From an uncultured Bdellovibrionales bacterium (GTDB lineage: Bacteria; Patescibacteriota; Minisyncoccia; Moranbacterales; DUUL01), in NCBI GenBank assembly GCA_964421125.1, contig CAYQVD010000001.1, positions 1 to 54,679 of the forward strand: a stretch of DNA of 54,679 nucleotides. The letters are read 5' to 3'. This document shows positions 20,210-30,092 of this stretch, one piece after another. Made by a program: the position numbers and the translations under genes. The notes beneath the pieces are model-generated. The model was not told where the DNA came from and did not search any database. It was given only the letters and a program-made list of their open reading frames with translations. Numbering within the stretch: the stretch's first letter is position 1; every line of letters starts with the position of its first letter.

Positions 20210-20521
20210 ATGCAAACTCTCTACGAAAAAATTCTAGATAAACCAAAGTCTTATCGCAGAAAATTATCCTATGTAATAACGGCTATTCTCGGAGTTTTAA
20301 TTTTTGCCGTCTGGTTAATGATAACAATTTTTTCCATGAGAAAATCCTTTAACTTTGAAGATGTTACTGAAGACATTCAAGGTTCATTTTCCGGAGAATT
20401 CGAAGTTCCTTCTCTCTACGAAGAAGAAGGTACGGAATCATTAGAAGAAAATTTTGATACATTAATAAACCAAGAAAAAGTTGAATCATCAACAGAGAAA
20501 GATTTAAATCTACAAAATTAA
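20210..20521 (+). CDS. Hypothetical single-TM protein
   Basis: In operon between the MBL hydrolase and gyrA; one TM and an acidic tail. Confidence 0.7.
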   Translation: MQTLYEKILDKPKSYRRKLSYVITAILGVLIFAVWLMITIFSMRKSFNFEDVTEDIQGSFSGEFEVPSLYEEEGTESLEENFDTLINQEKVESSTEKDLNLQN

Positions 20522-20553
20522 CTAAAAAGTTTAAGAAATAGAACAGAAAAGCT

Positions 20554-23013
20554 ATGAGTAAAAAACAAGAGAAATTGATAAATAACGTGGGGGAAATCAA
20601 GATACGGCCAATAACTCAAGAAATGGAAGAATCTTACTTATCTTATGCAATGAGTGTTATTGTTACTCGTGCCCTCCCTGATGTCCGAGATGGACTAAAA
20701 CCGGTACAAAGAAGAATTCTTTATTCAATGTGGAGCCTTGGACTCAAGCATAATGCTAAATTTCGAAAATCTGCAGCAGTAGTCGGCGAAGTGCTTGGTA
20801 AATATCATCCACATGGTGATAGTTCTGTATATGAAGCTATGGCTCGAATGGCTCAAGATTTCTCATTAAGATACCCATTGGTTCATGGTCAAGGAAATTT
20901 TGGTTCAATGGACGGAGACAAACCTGCAGCAATGAGATATACCGAAGCTAAACTCTCTAAAATATCCGAAGAAATGCTTTTTGATATTGACAAAGAAACA
21001 GTTGATTGGCGAGATAATTATGACGGTACTAGAAAAGAACCTGCCTTTGTTCCAGCTAAACTCCCCCAGCTTTTGTTAAATGGTTCAATGGGAATTGCTG
21101 TTGGAATGGCAACGAACATCCCTCCACACAATCTCTCCGAATTAACCGATGGAATCTGTCACCTCATCGATAATCCTGATGCGACAGTTGAAGATTTAGT
21201 AGAATTCGTTAAAGGTCCAGACTTCCCTACTGGAGGGATTATTTATAATAAAAAAGATGTTATTGAAGCTTATTCCTCTGGAAGAGGTGGCGTTGTAACT
21301 CGGGCTAAAACTGATATTATTGAACCAAGTGCTGAAAAATTCCAAATTATTATCACAGAAATGACTTATCAGACAAATAAAGCCACTTTGATTCAAAAAA
21401 TTGCTGAACTTGTCAAAACTGGAAAATTAGTAGGAATTAGAGATCTTCGAGATGAATCTGATAAGGATGGAGTAAGAGTCGTTGTTGAGCTCAAAAAAGA
21501 TGCTTTTCCAAAAAAAGTTCTAAATAAACTATACAAAACCACCGAACTTCAAAAGAATTTTAATTTCAATATGCTTGCACTTGTTGATGGAATAGATCCA
21601 AAAGTGCTCAATTTAAAATCTCTTCTTGAACACTATATTAAGCATCGAAAAAATATTGTTACACGTAGAATTCAATTTGAACTTCAAAAAGCTAAAGATC
21701 GAGCACATATTCTCAAAGGACTGAAAAAAGCCCTTGATCACATTGATGAAATCATCAGTCTTATTAAAAAATCACCGACTAAAGAAGAAGCTTATGCAAA
21801 TTTGATAAAAAAATTCAAATTTTCAGAAAAACAAACAACAGCAATTCTAGAAATGAAACTTCAAACATTGGCCGGACTTGAAAGAAAGAAAATCGAAGAT
21901 GAATTAGCTGAAAAATTAAAATTAATCAAAGAACTTGAAACAATACTTGGAAATCCAAAAAAAGTTTTAAAAATTGTTAAAGACGAATTAATAGAGCTTA
22001 ACGAAAAATTTGGAGACGAAAGAAAAACCAAAGTTATTAAAGGAAGAGTTGATGAATTTTCCCAAGAAGATCTCGTTGCTAATGAAGAAACTTTGATCAG
22101 CATTACCGAAGATGGATACATCAAAAGACTTTCCCCTGACTCATTCCGAAGTCAAAAACGAGGAGGAAAAGGAGTTATCGGTGCTGCCATCAAAGAAGGT
22201 GATGAAGTTGATAAGGTTCTCTCAGCCATGACTCATGACACCATAATGTTTTTCACAAATACTGGAAAAGTTTTCCGAATGAAAGCTCATGAACTTCCTG
22301 TTTCATCAAGAACTGCAAAAGGAAATGCTATTGTAAATTTCCTTCAAGTTGGACAAGATGAAAAAATCACCTCCCTCATCGCAATTCCGAAAGACACTAA
22401 GGCAAAATATTTAATAATGCAAACAACTAATGGCAGAATTAAAAAATCATCAATTGAAGATTTTGAAAATGTCAGAAGAGGTGGTCTCATTGCTATTAAT
22501 CTTGATAAGGAAGATTCTCTTGGTTGGGTTGAGACATGTAATGAAAAAGATAATATTATGGTTGTCACTGCCGGAGGTCAATCAATTAGATTTCCTGAAT
22601 CAAATGTTCGAGCAATGGGAAGAACGGCTGCTGGAGTAAGATCAATCAAACTTAAAAATGATGATAAAGTTATCGGAATGAGTATAGCTGATAAAAATAA
22701 TAAAAATCTTCAACTTTTAATTATCTCAGAAAAGGGATATGGAAAGAAAACAGCTTTAATAAAATATAAAAGTCAAAGTCGAGGTGGATCTGGAATTAAA
22801 ACAGCCAAAACCACTGGAAGGACCGGAAAACTTATTTATTCAAATATTATTGAAGCTAGTGAGGAAGAACAAGACTTAATCGTTAGTTCTAATAAGGGAC
22901 AAATCATTAGAACTTCCGTCAAAGATATCTCTGTGCTTGGAAGAGCAACGCAAGGCGTAAGAATTATGAAACTCAAAGCAGACGAACGCCTCGCAGCCGC
23001 AGCAGTGCTTTAA
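20554..23013 (+). CDS. gyrA: DNA gyrase subunit A
   Basis: [22 protein letters not shown], GyrA-box QKRGGKG. Confidence 0.98.
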   Translation: MSKKQEKLINNVGEIKIRPITQEMEESYLSYAMSVIVTRALPDVRDGLKPVQRRILYSMWSLGLKHNAKFRKSAAVVGEVLGKYHPHGDSSVYEAMARMAQDFSLRYPLVHGQGNFGSMDGDKPAAMRYTEAKLSKISEEMLFDIDKETVDWRDNYDGTRKEPAFVPAKLPQLLLNGSMGIAVGMATNIPPHNLSELTDGICHLIDNPDATVEDLVEFVKGPDFPTGGIIYNKKDVIEAYSSGRGGVVTRAKTDIIEPSAEKFQIIITEMTYQTNKATLIQKIAELVKTGKLVGIRDLRDESDKDGVRVVVELKKDAFPKKVLNKLYKTTELQKNFNFNMLALVDGIDPKVLNLKSLLEHYIKHRKNIVTRRIQFELQKAKDRAHILKGLKKALDHIDEIISLIKKSPTKEEAYANLIKKFKFSEKQTTAILEMKLQTLAGLERKKIEDELAEKLKLIKELETILGNPKKVLKIVKDELIELNEKFGDERKTKVIKGRVDEFSQEDLVANEETLISITEDGYIKRLSPDSFRSQKRGGKGVIGAAIKEGDEVDKVLSAMTHDTIMFFTNTGKVFRMKAHELPVSSRTAKGNAIVNFLQVGQDEKITSLIAIPKDTKAKYLIMQTTNGRIKKSSIEDFENVRRGGLIAINLDKEDSLGWVETCNEKDNIMVVTAGGQSIRFPESNVRAMGRTAAGVRSIKLKNDDKVIGMSIADKNNKNLQLLIISEKGYGKKTALIKYKSQSRGGSGIKTAKTTGRTGKLIYSNIIEASEEEQDLIVSSNKGQIIRTSVKDISVLGRATQGVRIMKLKADERLAAAAVL

Positions 23014-23040
23014 AGGTATATATTTAAAATATATACTTCC

Positions 23041-23070
23041 AACAAACGCCTTCAGAGGCGTTTGTTTTTT
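23041..23070 (+). terminator. Intrinsic terminator after gyrA
   Basis: aacaaacgcct-tcag-aggcgtttgtttttt. Confidence 0.8.
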
Positions 23071-23170
23071 ATTTAATTAAAATTGGAACCGGAATATAAG
23101 ATTTTTTTATTAAAAATAAAAAAGTACGTAAAAATATACGTACTTTTATTGTAACAATAATAATGCTTAG

Positions 23171-24562
23171 TTATTTCTGAAATTTTTCACTAAAATAATT
23201 TTGTAAATCCTCAATTTTAATTCGCTCCTGATTCATTGTATCTCGTTCACGAATTGTTACTGCGCCATCTTCTATTGAATCAAAATCAACTGTCACACAG
23301 AATGGAGTTCCGATTTCATCTTGACGTCGATAACGTTTTCCGATATTACCGCTATCGTCAAATTCACACATATACATTCCTTTTAAAGAATCAAAAACCT
23401 CTCGAGCTTTTTCAACAAGCTCTGACTTGTTTTTCAAAAGAGGAAAAACAGCAACCTTTACCGGAGCAAGCTCTAATGGAAATTTCATCACCACTCGACT
23501 TCCCTCCTCAACAACTTCTTCCGTATAAGCTTCTGTCAAAACCGTCAACAATGTCCGTCCCACACCAACTGACGACTCAATGATATGTGGAACATATTTT
23601 TCTCCAGTTACTGGATCTGCATAAGAAAGATCTTTTCCGGAAAATTTTTGATGCTGATTTAGATCATGATCTCCTCTAGCATGAACTCCTTCTAATTCCT
23701 TAAATCCAAATGGATATTTATATTCAATATCATAAGCCTCCTTTGCATAGAAAACTAAATTATCGTGTTTATGCCATTGAAGATTTTCTTTTTTAATTCC
23801 AAGGTCGAGATAAAATTGCCAACGAGCTTCTCGGAGTTTTTCATATTCATCCATTTCTTTGTCCGGATGCACAAAATATTGCATCTCCATTTGTTCAAAT
23901 TCCCGAGTTCGAAAAATAAATTGTCGAGCAGTAATTTCATTTCGAAAAGCCTTTCCAATTTGAGCGATTCCGAAAGGAACTTTTACTCTCATTGAATCCA
24001 AAACATTCTTATAATTTACATAAATCCCCTGACAAGTTTCTCCCCGAAGATAAGCTGGCTCCTTGTCCCAATCGCCAGTAAAATTTCCAAGGTTTGATTT
24101 CACCAATAAGTTAAACTTTTTAGCTTCAGTAAATTCACTTTTCCCACAAGTCGGGCATTTTATTTTTTCTTTATTAGCAGAAAAAATTTGGTTAATCTCC
24201 TCTTCACTCATTTTTTCATCTGCTTGGATTCCTGCTTCTTCTAGAAGAGTATCTACTCGAAGTCTCGCATGACAATTCTTACATTCTGAAAGCGGATCAG
24301 AAAATCCGGAAACATGTCCACTGGCTTCCCAAATTTTTGGATGCATGAAGATACTTGAATCGAGACCAACAATGTCGTCTCTCATTTGAACCATCCCTTT
24401 CCACCAAATTCTTTTAATTGCATTGGCAACCTCAGTTCCATAAGGACCCAGATCATAAACAGCAGAAAACCCACCATAAATCTCCGAAGAAGGATACACA
24501 AATCCCCTTCTCTTACATAAAGAAATAATTTTGTTCATCAAATCATCTTTTTTCTCTCCCAT
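23171..24562 (-). CDS. glyQS: Glycine--tRNA ligase, alpha2 (GlyRS-1) type
   Basis: KRRGF, SGHV..FSDP, YLRGETCQG, GKAFRNEI, REFEQME, IGKRYRRQDEIGTP. Confidence 0.97.
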   Translation of the reverse strand: MGEKKDDLMNKIISLCKRRGFVYPSSEIYGGFSAVYDLGPYGTEVANAIKRIWWKGMVQMRDDIVGLDSSIFMHPKIWEASGHVSGFSDPLSECKNCHARLRVDTLLEEAGIQADEKMSEEEINQIFSANKEKIKCPTCGKSEFTEAKKFNLLVKSNLGNFTGDWDKEPAYLRGETCQGIYVNYKNVLDSMRVKVPFGIAQIGKAFRNEITARQFIFRTREFEQMEMQYFVHPDKEMDEYEKLREARWQFYLDLGIKKENLQWHKHDNLVFYAKEAYDIEYKYPFGFKELEGVHARGDHDLNQHQKFSGKDLSYADPVTGEKYVPHIIESSVGVGRTLLTVLTEAYTEEVVEEGSRVVMKFPLELAPVKVAVFPLLKNKSELVEKAREVFDSLKGMYMCEFDDSGNIGKRYRRQDEIGTPFCVTVDFDSIEDGAVTIRERDTMNQERIKIEDLQNYFSEKFQK

Positions 24563-24584
24563 TTTTTTATTATTAAAAATTATA

Positions 24585-24759
24585 AAATAAAAATCCTCGC
24601 TCCAATAATCTTAAATCAATTAAGATTACCAGAACGAGGACTTCCCGCGGTTCCATCTGGTTTCCTTCTCAACTCGAGAAGACCACTTTCTTATTTTTTT
24701 GGCTTATCTTGAAAATCCAAGAAAGAATTTTGCCATCGTTCTCTTCGCCAAATTAAACT
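24585..24759 (-). ncRNA. T-box riboswitch leader of glyQS
   Basis: Minus strand: AGATGGAACCGCG T-box, preceded by a stem III (cttctc/gagaag), followed by terminator tcctcgttct...ggagcgagga-TTTT; candidate GGC specifier near the 5' end. Confidence 0.75.
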
Positions 24760-24765
24760 ATCTCA

Positions 24766-24793
24766 ATTATACGACCTATTAATCCATTGTCAA
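24766..24793 (-). promoter_or_regulatory. Sigma70 promoter TTGACA-N16-TATAAT for the glyQS leader
   Basis: Both hexamers perfect consensus. Confidence 0.8.
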
Positions 24794-24811
24794 CAGCAAA
24801 GATTTCAATTC

Positions 24812-25180
24812 TTACATTTTTGCTTGTTCATCTATAACAAATCCTTCTTTTATCTTTCTTTTACCCTTCCTCCGCAAACCAGACACCTTCTCTTTGTCTC
24901 TTCTAATTTGCTTTTTAATCACTTCTTCAATTCGATCCATTGCCTCCCTTAAGTTTCGATCTTTTTCAATTGCTCGATAAAGCTCATAAGAACTATCAAG
25001 TGAAAAATCAAGCTCCCAAAATCCTTTTTTATCTCTTTTGATTCCTATTTCTACGATTGACTCTTTATTCTCGCCACTTGGTAATAATTTTTTCATTTTT
25101 TCAATCTTTTCTTCAATATAATCACGCTCCTCTTGTCGTACTTCATTCCCATTAAAACTAAACTTAATTTTTAGTTCCAT
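24812..25180 (-). CDS. HPF/RaiA-family ribosome-associated protein
   Basis: 'DYIEEKIEKM', 'LREAMDRIEEVIKKQIRRDKEK' pattern; size. Confidence 0.7.
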   Translation of the reverse strand: MELKIKFSFNGNEVRQEERDYIEEKIEKMKKLLPSGENKESIVEIGIKRDKKGFWELDFSLDSSYELYRAIEKDRNLREAMDRIEEVIKKQIRRDKEKVSGLRRKGKRKIKEGFVIDEQAKM

Positions 25181-25236
25181 TTATTTTTATTTAATAATTA
25201 TCAACCTTTCAAAAATTAATACGAAAAATAAATCTT

Positions 25237-26184
25237 TTAAATTACAATCTCAATTTCCTCTTCTAGTTGAATCCCAAATCTATTTCGAACTTTTTGCTTA
25301 ATAATACTAATTAAAATCATCACATCCTCAAAAGTTGCATTACCAGTATTAATAATAAAATTTGCTTGAATATCATACACCATTGCTCCACCAATTTTCT
25401 TGCCCTTCAAATCACATCTATCAATTAACCAACCAGCCGGAACCCTTCTCTTTCTTGCTTTAACGCCTCTTTCTTCTTCAAAAATATCCACGACCTCCTT
25501 AGAAGCCACAGGGTTTGTAAAAACTGAACCTGCCGAAGGAAGTGTCCCGAGAGAAGGTTGTTTGTCCTGCCTCTTCTTAATATACTCTTGAAATTTTTTC
25601 TGAATTTCATTCTTATCTCCTTTTCTTAGCTCAACAACAGCGGACCAAAGAATCAAATTCTCATCCTTCTTCAAAAAACTACCCCTATAATTAAACTCGC
25701 AATCATCTTTTTTTACAATTTTTTCCTGTAAATTTCCGTTGTCTTTTTTAATCACTTCCACCTCCTTAATTGAATCTCCAATAGCTGGTCCAAAAGCCTC
25801 AGCATTCCCTCTTACTGCTCCACCAAATGTTCCAGGAATTCCAGCGACCCACTCAAGTCCTTTGTAACCATTTTCAATACAATATTTTATTAAATCAGAC
25901 AAAGCCATCCCTGCTTCAACTCTTAATAAGATTTTCTCGCCATCCTCCTCTATTTTTTCCAGCTTCTTATTCTCAATCTTAATAACTAGTCCATCAAAAC
26001 CATCATCCGAAAACAAAACATTGCTTCCACCACCTAAAATAAAAGTTTGCAAACTTTCTGATTTAGCCCATAAACAGGCCTTTTTCAAATCATCTAAACT
26101 CTTTACAACACAAAAATACTTCGCTTCACCGCCGATCTTGAAAGTTGAATATTTTTTCAGTGATTCGTTCTTTTTTATTTTCAT
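25237..26184 (-). CDS. murB: UDP-N-acetylmuramate dehydrogenase
   Basis: TFKIGG, LGGGSN, GIPGTFGG, YRGS, SAGSVF.NP, ANFIIN. Confidence 0.96.
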   Translation of the reverse strand: MKIKKNESLKKYSTFKIGGEAKYFCVVKSLDDLKKACLWAKSESLQTFILGGGSNVLFSDDGFDGLVIKIENKKLEKIEEDGEKILLRVEAGMALSDLIKYCIENGYKGLEWVAGIPGTFGGAVRGNAEAFGPAIGDSIKEVEVIKKDNGNLQEKIVKKDDCEFNYRGSFLKKDENLILWSAVVELRKGDKNEIQKKFQEYIKKRQDKQPSLGTLPSAGSVFTNPVASKEVVDIFEEERGVKARKRRVPAGWLIDRCDLKGKKIGGAMVYDIQANFIINTGNATFEDVMILISIIKQKVRNRFGIQLEEEIEIVI

Positions 26185-27314
26185 TAAACTTTTTTAAGTA
26201 TCTTAAGCGTTTCTTCTGCACATTTTTTCCAGCTAAAATTTTCAATTCGTTTAAATCCTTTCTGAATCAATTTTCCTCTTATACTATCATTAAACAATAC
26301 TTTATTAATTTTCTCAAATAAATTCTTGCTATCCTTTGTTTCAAAAACTTCTACTGCGTCTGACCCGATTTCTATTAAACTAGAATTATTAGCAATAATA
26401 ACTGGTACCCCACTAGCCATCGCCTCCAAAATTGGGATTCCAAATCCCTCATAAATTGAAGGACAAACAAAAATTTCTGCTTGATTATATAGAATTGCTA
26501 ATTCTTCAAAGTCCACTTTACCAGTTAAAACAATGTCTTTATGAAATTCTGAATTATTAACTTTCTCAATAGTTAATTCCGACTTCCAAGCTTTTTCTCC
26601 AACAAAAACTAATTTTAAATCATTCCAGCTTCCTTTCTTATTCTCGCTCTTAAACATTTCAAAGGCCTCTATTAAACGAACAAGATTCTTTCTTGGTTGA
26701 ATTGCTCCAACATACAAAAGATACCTCCCTTTAATTTTATATTTTTCTTTTACTGAAACTATTCTTTCTTCTAAAAACTTTCTTGTAAAAAGTTCTTTTT
26801 CAAACCCGTGATAAACAACTTTAATTTTCCCTTCATCAATCTTAGGATGAAATTTTAATAAATCCTTTTTTGTTGTTTCAGAAATTGCGATAATCATGTC
26901 AGCCCTCTTCACTGCTGTATCATGAAAAAAATTCAACTTTCGAAGCCTCCAATAATCAAAACTTTCCGGGAAAATCTTAAACGCCAAGTCATGCACGGTA
27001 ATAATAGTTTTGATTTTCTTTGAAGCCAAAAAGGGAATTTGTTGAATTGGCATCCAACAAATATCAGGCTTATCATGCATCAATTCATAAGACAATCTTG
27101 TCTGAGTCCAAATAAATGGATAAGGAATTTTTCTATCAAAATAATTAGGATAAAATCTTGGTTTTAAGAGAGGATTAAAATCTCTCCTATGATAAAGAAA
27201 AAATTGACTTTCATTATCCACCTCACCAAAATAATTTAATAAATTTTTAATATAGACCCTAGTGCCATCAATTCTTGATTCATCCAGATCTGCACAATCA
27301 ATTGCAATTTTCAT
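26184..27314 (-). CDS. GT4 glycosyltransferase (MtfB/WbaZ-like)
   Basis: TVHDL, VGAIQPRKN, YEGFGIPILEAMASG, FSWKKCA. Confidence 0.9.
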   Translation of the reverse strand: MKIAIDCADLDESRIDGTRVYIKNLLNYFGEVDNESQFFLYHRRDFNPLLKPRFYPNYFDRKIPYPFIWTQTRLSYELMHDKPDICWMPIQQIPFLASKKIKTIITVHDLAFKIFPESFDYWRLRKLNFFHDTAVKRADMIIAISETTKKDLLKFHPKIDEGKIKVVYHGFEKELFTRKFLEERIVSVKEKYKIKGRYLLYVGAIQPRKNLVRLIEAFEMFKSENKKGSWNDLKLVFVGEKAWKSELTIEKVNNSEFHKDIVLTGKVDFEELAILYNQAEIFVCPSIYEGFGIPILEAMASGVPVIIANNSSLIEIGSDAVEVFETKDSKNLFEKINKVLFNDSIRGKLIQKGFKRIENFSWKKCAEETLKILKKV

Positions 27315-27447
27315 TTAATAAATTAAAAGTAATTTTTATTATAATAACATTTTTTCTCATTAATTTACAATTAAACAATATTGACTCTCCAATTTAAATC
27401 CAACATACTAAATTAAACAATAATCATAATCAAACTAATTAAAAAAT

Positions 27448-27798
27448 ATGTCTCAACGAACTGAAAAAGTTAACGCGCTTATTAAAAAAGACATCGCAGA
27501 AATTCTTCAAAAAGAACTTTCACTCAAACCTTCTGTTTTTGTTTCAATTATAAAAGTTGACACTTCACCTGATTTGAGATACGCTAAAGTGTTCTTAAGT
27601 GTTTATCCAGTCAGTGAAAGTGACTATGCTGTGAAAACTATTCAAAAAGAACATTATCGAATTCAAAAAACTTTACATGGAAAACTTCATATGAAAATTC
27701 TTCCAATAATTGAATTCCGACTAGACAATACACAAGAAAAGGTTAGTGAGCTCGAAGACCTTTTCCAAAAAATCAAAGAAGAAAAAGAAGGGAACTAA
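27448..27798 (+). CDS. rbfA: Ribosome-binding factor A
   Basis: R.EKV..LI, SPDLRYAKVF, P.IEF..D. Confidence 0.93.
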   Translation: MSQRTEKVNALIKKDIAEILQKELSLKPSVFVSIIKVDTSPDLRYAKVFLSVYPVSESDYAVKTIQKEHYRIQKTLHGKLHMKILPIIEFRLDNTQEKVSELEDLFQKIKEEKEGN

Positions 27799-27878
27799 AA
27801 ATTAGAACCAATTTGATTAATGTAACAATAAAAAAACTTAATTTTTATTAAGATTATTAAGTTGTTTTAACCAAAAAA

Positions 27879-28850
27879 ATGGAAAAGCTCGTAGAACAAT
27901 TTATTGAATTAATGAACACATTGAAGGAAATTAAAAAACCTCTTCTTGTGACGCACCCAAAAGCCGATGCAGATGCACTTGGTTCAGTTTGTTCGTTCGC
28001 TGAAATTCTTAAAAATGAATTTGGGATAGATTCAAAAATTTATACTCCAGACAAACCTGGAGAAATTTTTGAAGCACTTTTCCCTCTTCATAAAATAAAA
28101 AATGAATTCAACATTGAAGATCATGACTCTATTATTTTTCTTGATAGAGGAAGCATGTACTATGATTTTAAATTTAATGAAAAAATTAACAATAGTAAAA
28201 AAGATTTTAAAATAATTAATATTGATCATCATCCTCAAAGTAAAATAACCGAAGCACTTAATATGACTGATATCAAGGCTTCAGCAACTTGCGAAATAAT
28301 TTATCGCTTCATGAATTATTTCAATATGAACATTAACCCAAGAATGGCTCAATACCTTCTCAATGGAATTTATGCTGACACTGGAGGATTTCGTCACAAT
28401 AACACTTCTCCATTAACTCTTGAAATTTCAAGCGACCTACTTCGTAAAGGTGCTTCAATAACAAAAATCAATCGGGGGCTTTTTTCCAATAAATCTCTTA
28501 GTACTCTTAAGCTTTGGGCAATTGCTCTAGATAGAGCTCAAATTAATCCTGAAACTGGAATGGCAACATCTTTCATTACTAATAAGGACTTAAAAGAATG
28601 CGGAGCAACTAATGATGACATCTCTGGAGTTTCTGAAATCCTAAATTCTATTTCAGAAGCAAAATTCTCCCTAGTCCTTTCAGAAAAAGATGATAACAAG
28701 ATTAAGGGAAGTTTACGAAGTGAAGAATATAAAGGAGTGGATGTTTCAAAAATTGCTCGACAATTTAAGGGAGGTGGTCACAAACTTGCTAGTGGCTTTG
28801 AAATCGAAGGAAAAATTCGAAAAAACAAAAACAACTGGACAGTTGAATAA
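27879..28850 (+). CDS. nrnA: DHH/DHHA1 nanoRNase / pAp phosphatase
   Basis: H..ADADALGS, IDHH, DTGGF, SLRS, GGGH..ASG. Confidence 0.92.
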   Translation: MEKLVEQFIELMNTLKEIKKPLLVTHPKADADALGSVCSFAEILKNEFGIDSKIYTPDKPGEIFEALFPLHKIKNEFNIEDHDSIIFLDRGSMYYDFKFNEKINNSKKDFKIINIDHHPQSKITEALNMTDIKASATCEIIYRFMNYFNMNINPRMAQYLLNGIYADTGGFRHNNTSPLTLEISSDLLRKGASITKINRGLFSNKSLSTLKLWAIALDRAQINPETGMATSFITNKDLKECGATNDDISGVSEILNSISEAKFSLVLSEKDDNKIKGSLRSEEYKGVDVSKIARQFKGGGHKLASGFEIEGKIRKNKNNWTVE

Positions 28851-28985
28851 TGCATTTTTTTATATAAAAGTCTTTCATTAATCTCTACTAAGTATAAACT
28901 AATAACTGACCAGGACTCTTGTCAAAACAAAAAAAGTGTATAGAATAGTATGTATTGTAAACATTTCGATTTAATCATCAAAAGA

Positions 28986-29010
28986 TATTCTCGGGTGACA
29001 GAGCAATTGC
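28986..29010 (+). pseudogene. Degenerate copy of the tRNA-Asn 5' end
   Basis: tattctcgggtgacagagcaattgc vs tattcccgggtggcgcagcggtagc: 18/25 identical, no gaps. Confidence 0.45.
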
Positions 29011-29052
29011 TTAAGATAATGTTTTTTGATAAATTAAAGTTATAAATTATAT

Positions 29053-29124
29053 TCCCGGGTGGCGCAGCGGTAGCGCAGTTGACTGTTAATCAATTGGTCG
29101 TCGGTTCGAATCCGACCCCGGGAG
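29053..29124 (+). tRNA. trnN: tRNA-Asn(GTT), no encoded CCA; anchor of the downstream array
   Basis: tcccggg/cccggga acceptor, gttga-ctgttaa-tcaat anticodon arm, gtcgg-ttcgaat-ccgac T arm. Confidence 0.96.
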
Positions 29125-29134
29125 CTACGTCTTG

Positions 29135-29160
29135 AAAAGCCTTTATTTAAAGGCTTTTTT
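29135..29160 (+). terminator. tRNA-Asn terminator
   Basis: aaaagccttta-tt-taaaggctttttt. Confidence 0.8.
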
Positions 29161-29171
29161 GTATATAAAGG

Positions 29172-29200
29172 TTGACAAAAAATCTAATAAGTGATATTAT
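29172..29200 (+). promoter_or_regulatory. Promoter TTGACA-N17-TATTAT with TG extension
   Basis: Immediately after the tRNA terminator. Confidence 0.7.
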
Positions 29201-29261
29201 CCAATGTCACAGTTTTTTGATAACAATCAATAATAAAAGTGCAAAAGAAGGGAGACGGGCT

Positions 29262-29900
29262 ATGAATGAACATGACACTTGGGTAACAAAAGGATTGAAA
29301 AAGCTACGCGAAATCGGTGAAAATGGTTTTAAGATTTTGTGCTTAGATTTTGCCGAAGCTATCGTAGATGCTATTAAGTCTCACGAAAAAAGCGAGATGA
29401 AGATTGCCAGGGAAAAAATCGACCGAGCAAGTCGTCGTTTTTCCCTCGGCAGTCTTAAGTCTGCTAAAGATCATCAAGATACAGAGGACGCTTGTAATGC
29501 TATGGCAGGAGTAGAAAGATTCTTCTCAAAGATATCTCTATTTAAGAGAGGTGAGATTGGTCCAAAACAAGCGGTCTCATATCCTTTTTGGATCATAACT
29601 ACTTATACGAAAAAAGGAGATAAACTATCATTGCATGAGATTAAAATTCCCGAAAACTTTATGGGATATAGTGAAGTGATTGATTCGCTTAGACCAAGAC
29701 ACCAGGGAACGATGAACTTACTGGAGATAAACACAATGATTGAAAGCGAACTCAAAGCATACGCTAACACAAAATCTCAAATGATAGACATTGGAGAATT
29801 AAAAAAACAGCAGGAGGAAATAAAAAAGAAGGTCAGTGAAGCTGAGAAAAATTTACGGAGAATGAACATTAATCCAGAGAATCCACAAATCTTCAATTAA
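29262..29900 (+). CDS. Cassette 1 hypothetical protein with C-terminal coiled coil
   Basis: ATG 29262 after GGGAG; own terminator at 29930-29970. Confidence 0.75.
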   Translation: MNEHDTWVTKGLKKLREIGENGFKILCLDFAEAIVDAIKSHEKSEMKIAREKIDRASRRFSLGSLKSAKDHQDTEDACNAMAGVERFFSKISLFKRGEIGPKQAVSYPFWIITTYTKKGDKLSLHEIKIPENFMGYSEVIDSLRPRHQGTMNLLEINTMIESELKAYANTKSQMIDIGELKKQQEEIKKKVSEAEKNLRRMNINPENPQIFN

Positions 29901-29968
29901 TCCATGCCCGCTGTGCAACTATAAAAATTAACAGAGATTGGTCTCAACTGAGAACAATCTCTGTTTTT

Positions 29969-30043
29969 TTACACAAAAGCGGTTCGAACTTCGTCCGCCA
30001 AACGGAGCTACGTCCTGTAAAGCCTTTGTTTAAAGGCTTTTTT
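29969..30043 (+). repeat. Junction repeat R1 (short type)
   Basis: ggttcgaacttcgtccgccaaacggagctacgtcctgtaaagcctttgtttaaaggctttttt; right arm nearly identical to the tRNA 3' flank. Confidence 0.9.
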
Positions 30044-30092
30044 GATACTTTTATTTATTATCCTTTTCCAAATATTTGTATCTACAAAAAAA

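Noticed and set aside
29172-29261. TTG start for the cassette 1 ORF
   Set aside because: The TTG is part of the TTGACA -35 box; ATG 29262 has an SD
29976-30010. Additional functional tRNA genes at the GTTCGAA repeats
   Set aside because: No D arm, anticodon arm or acceptor stem can be folded upstream
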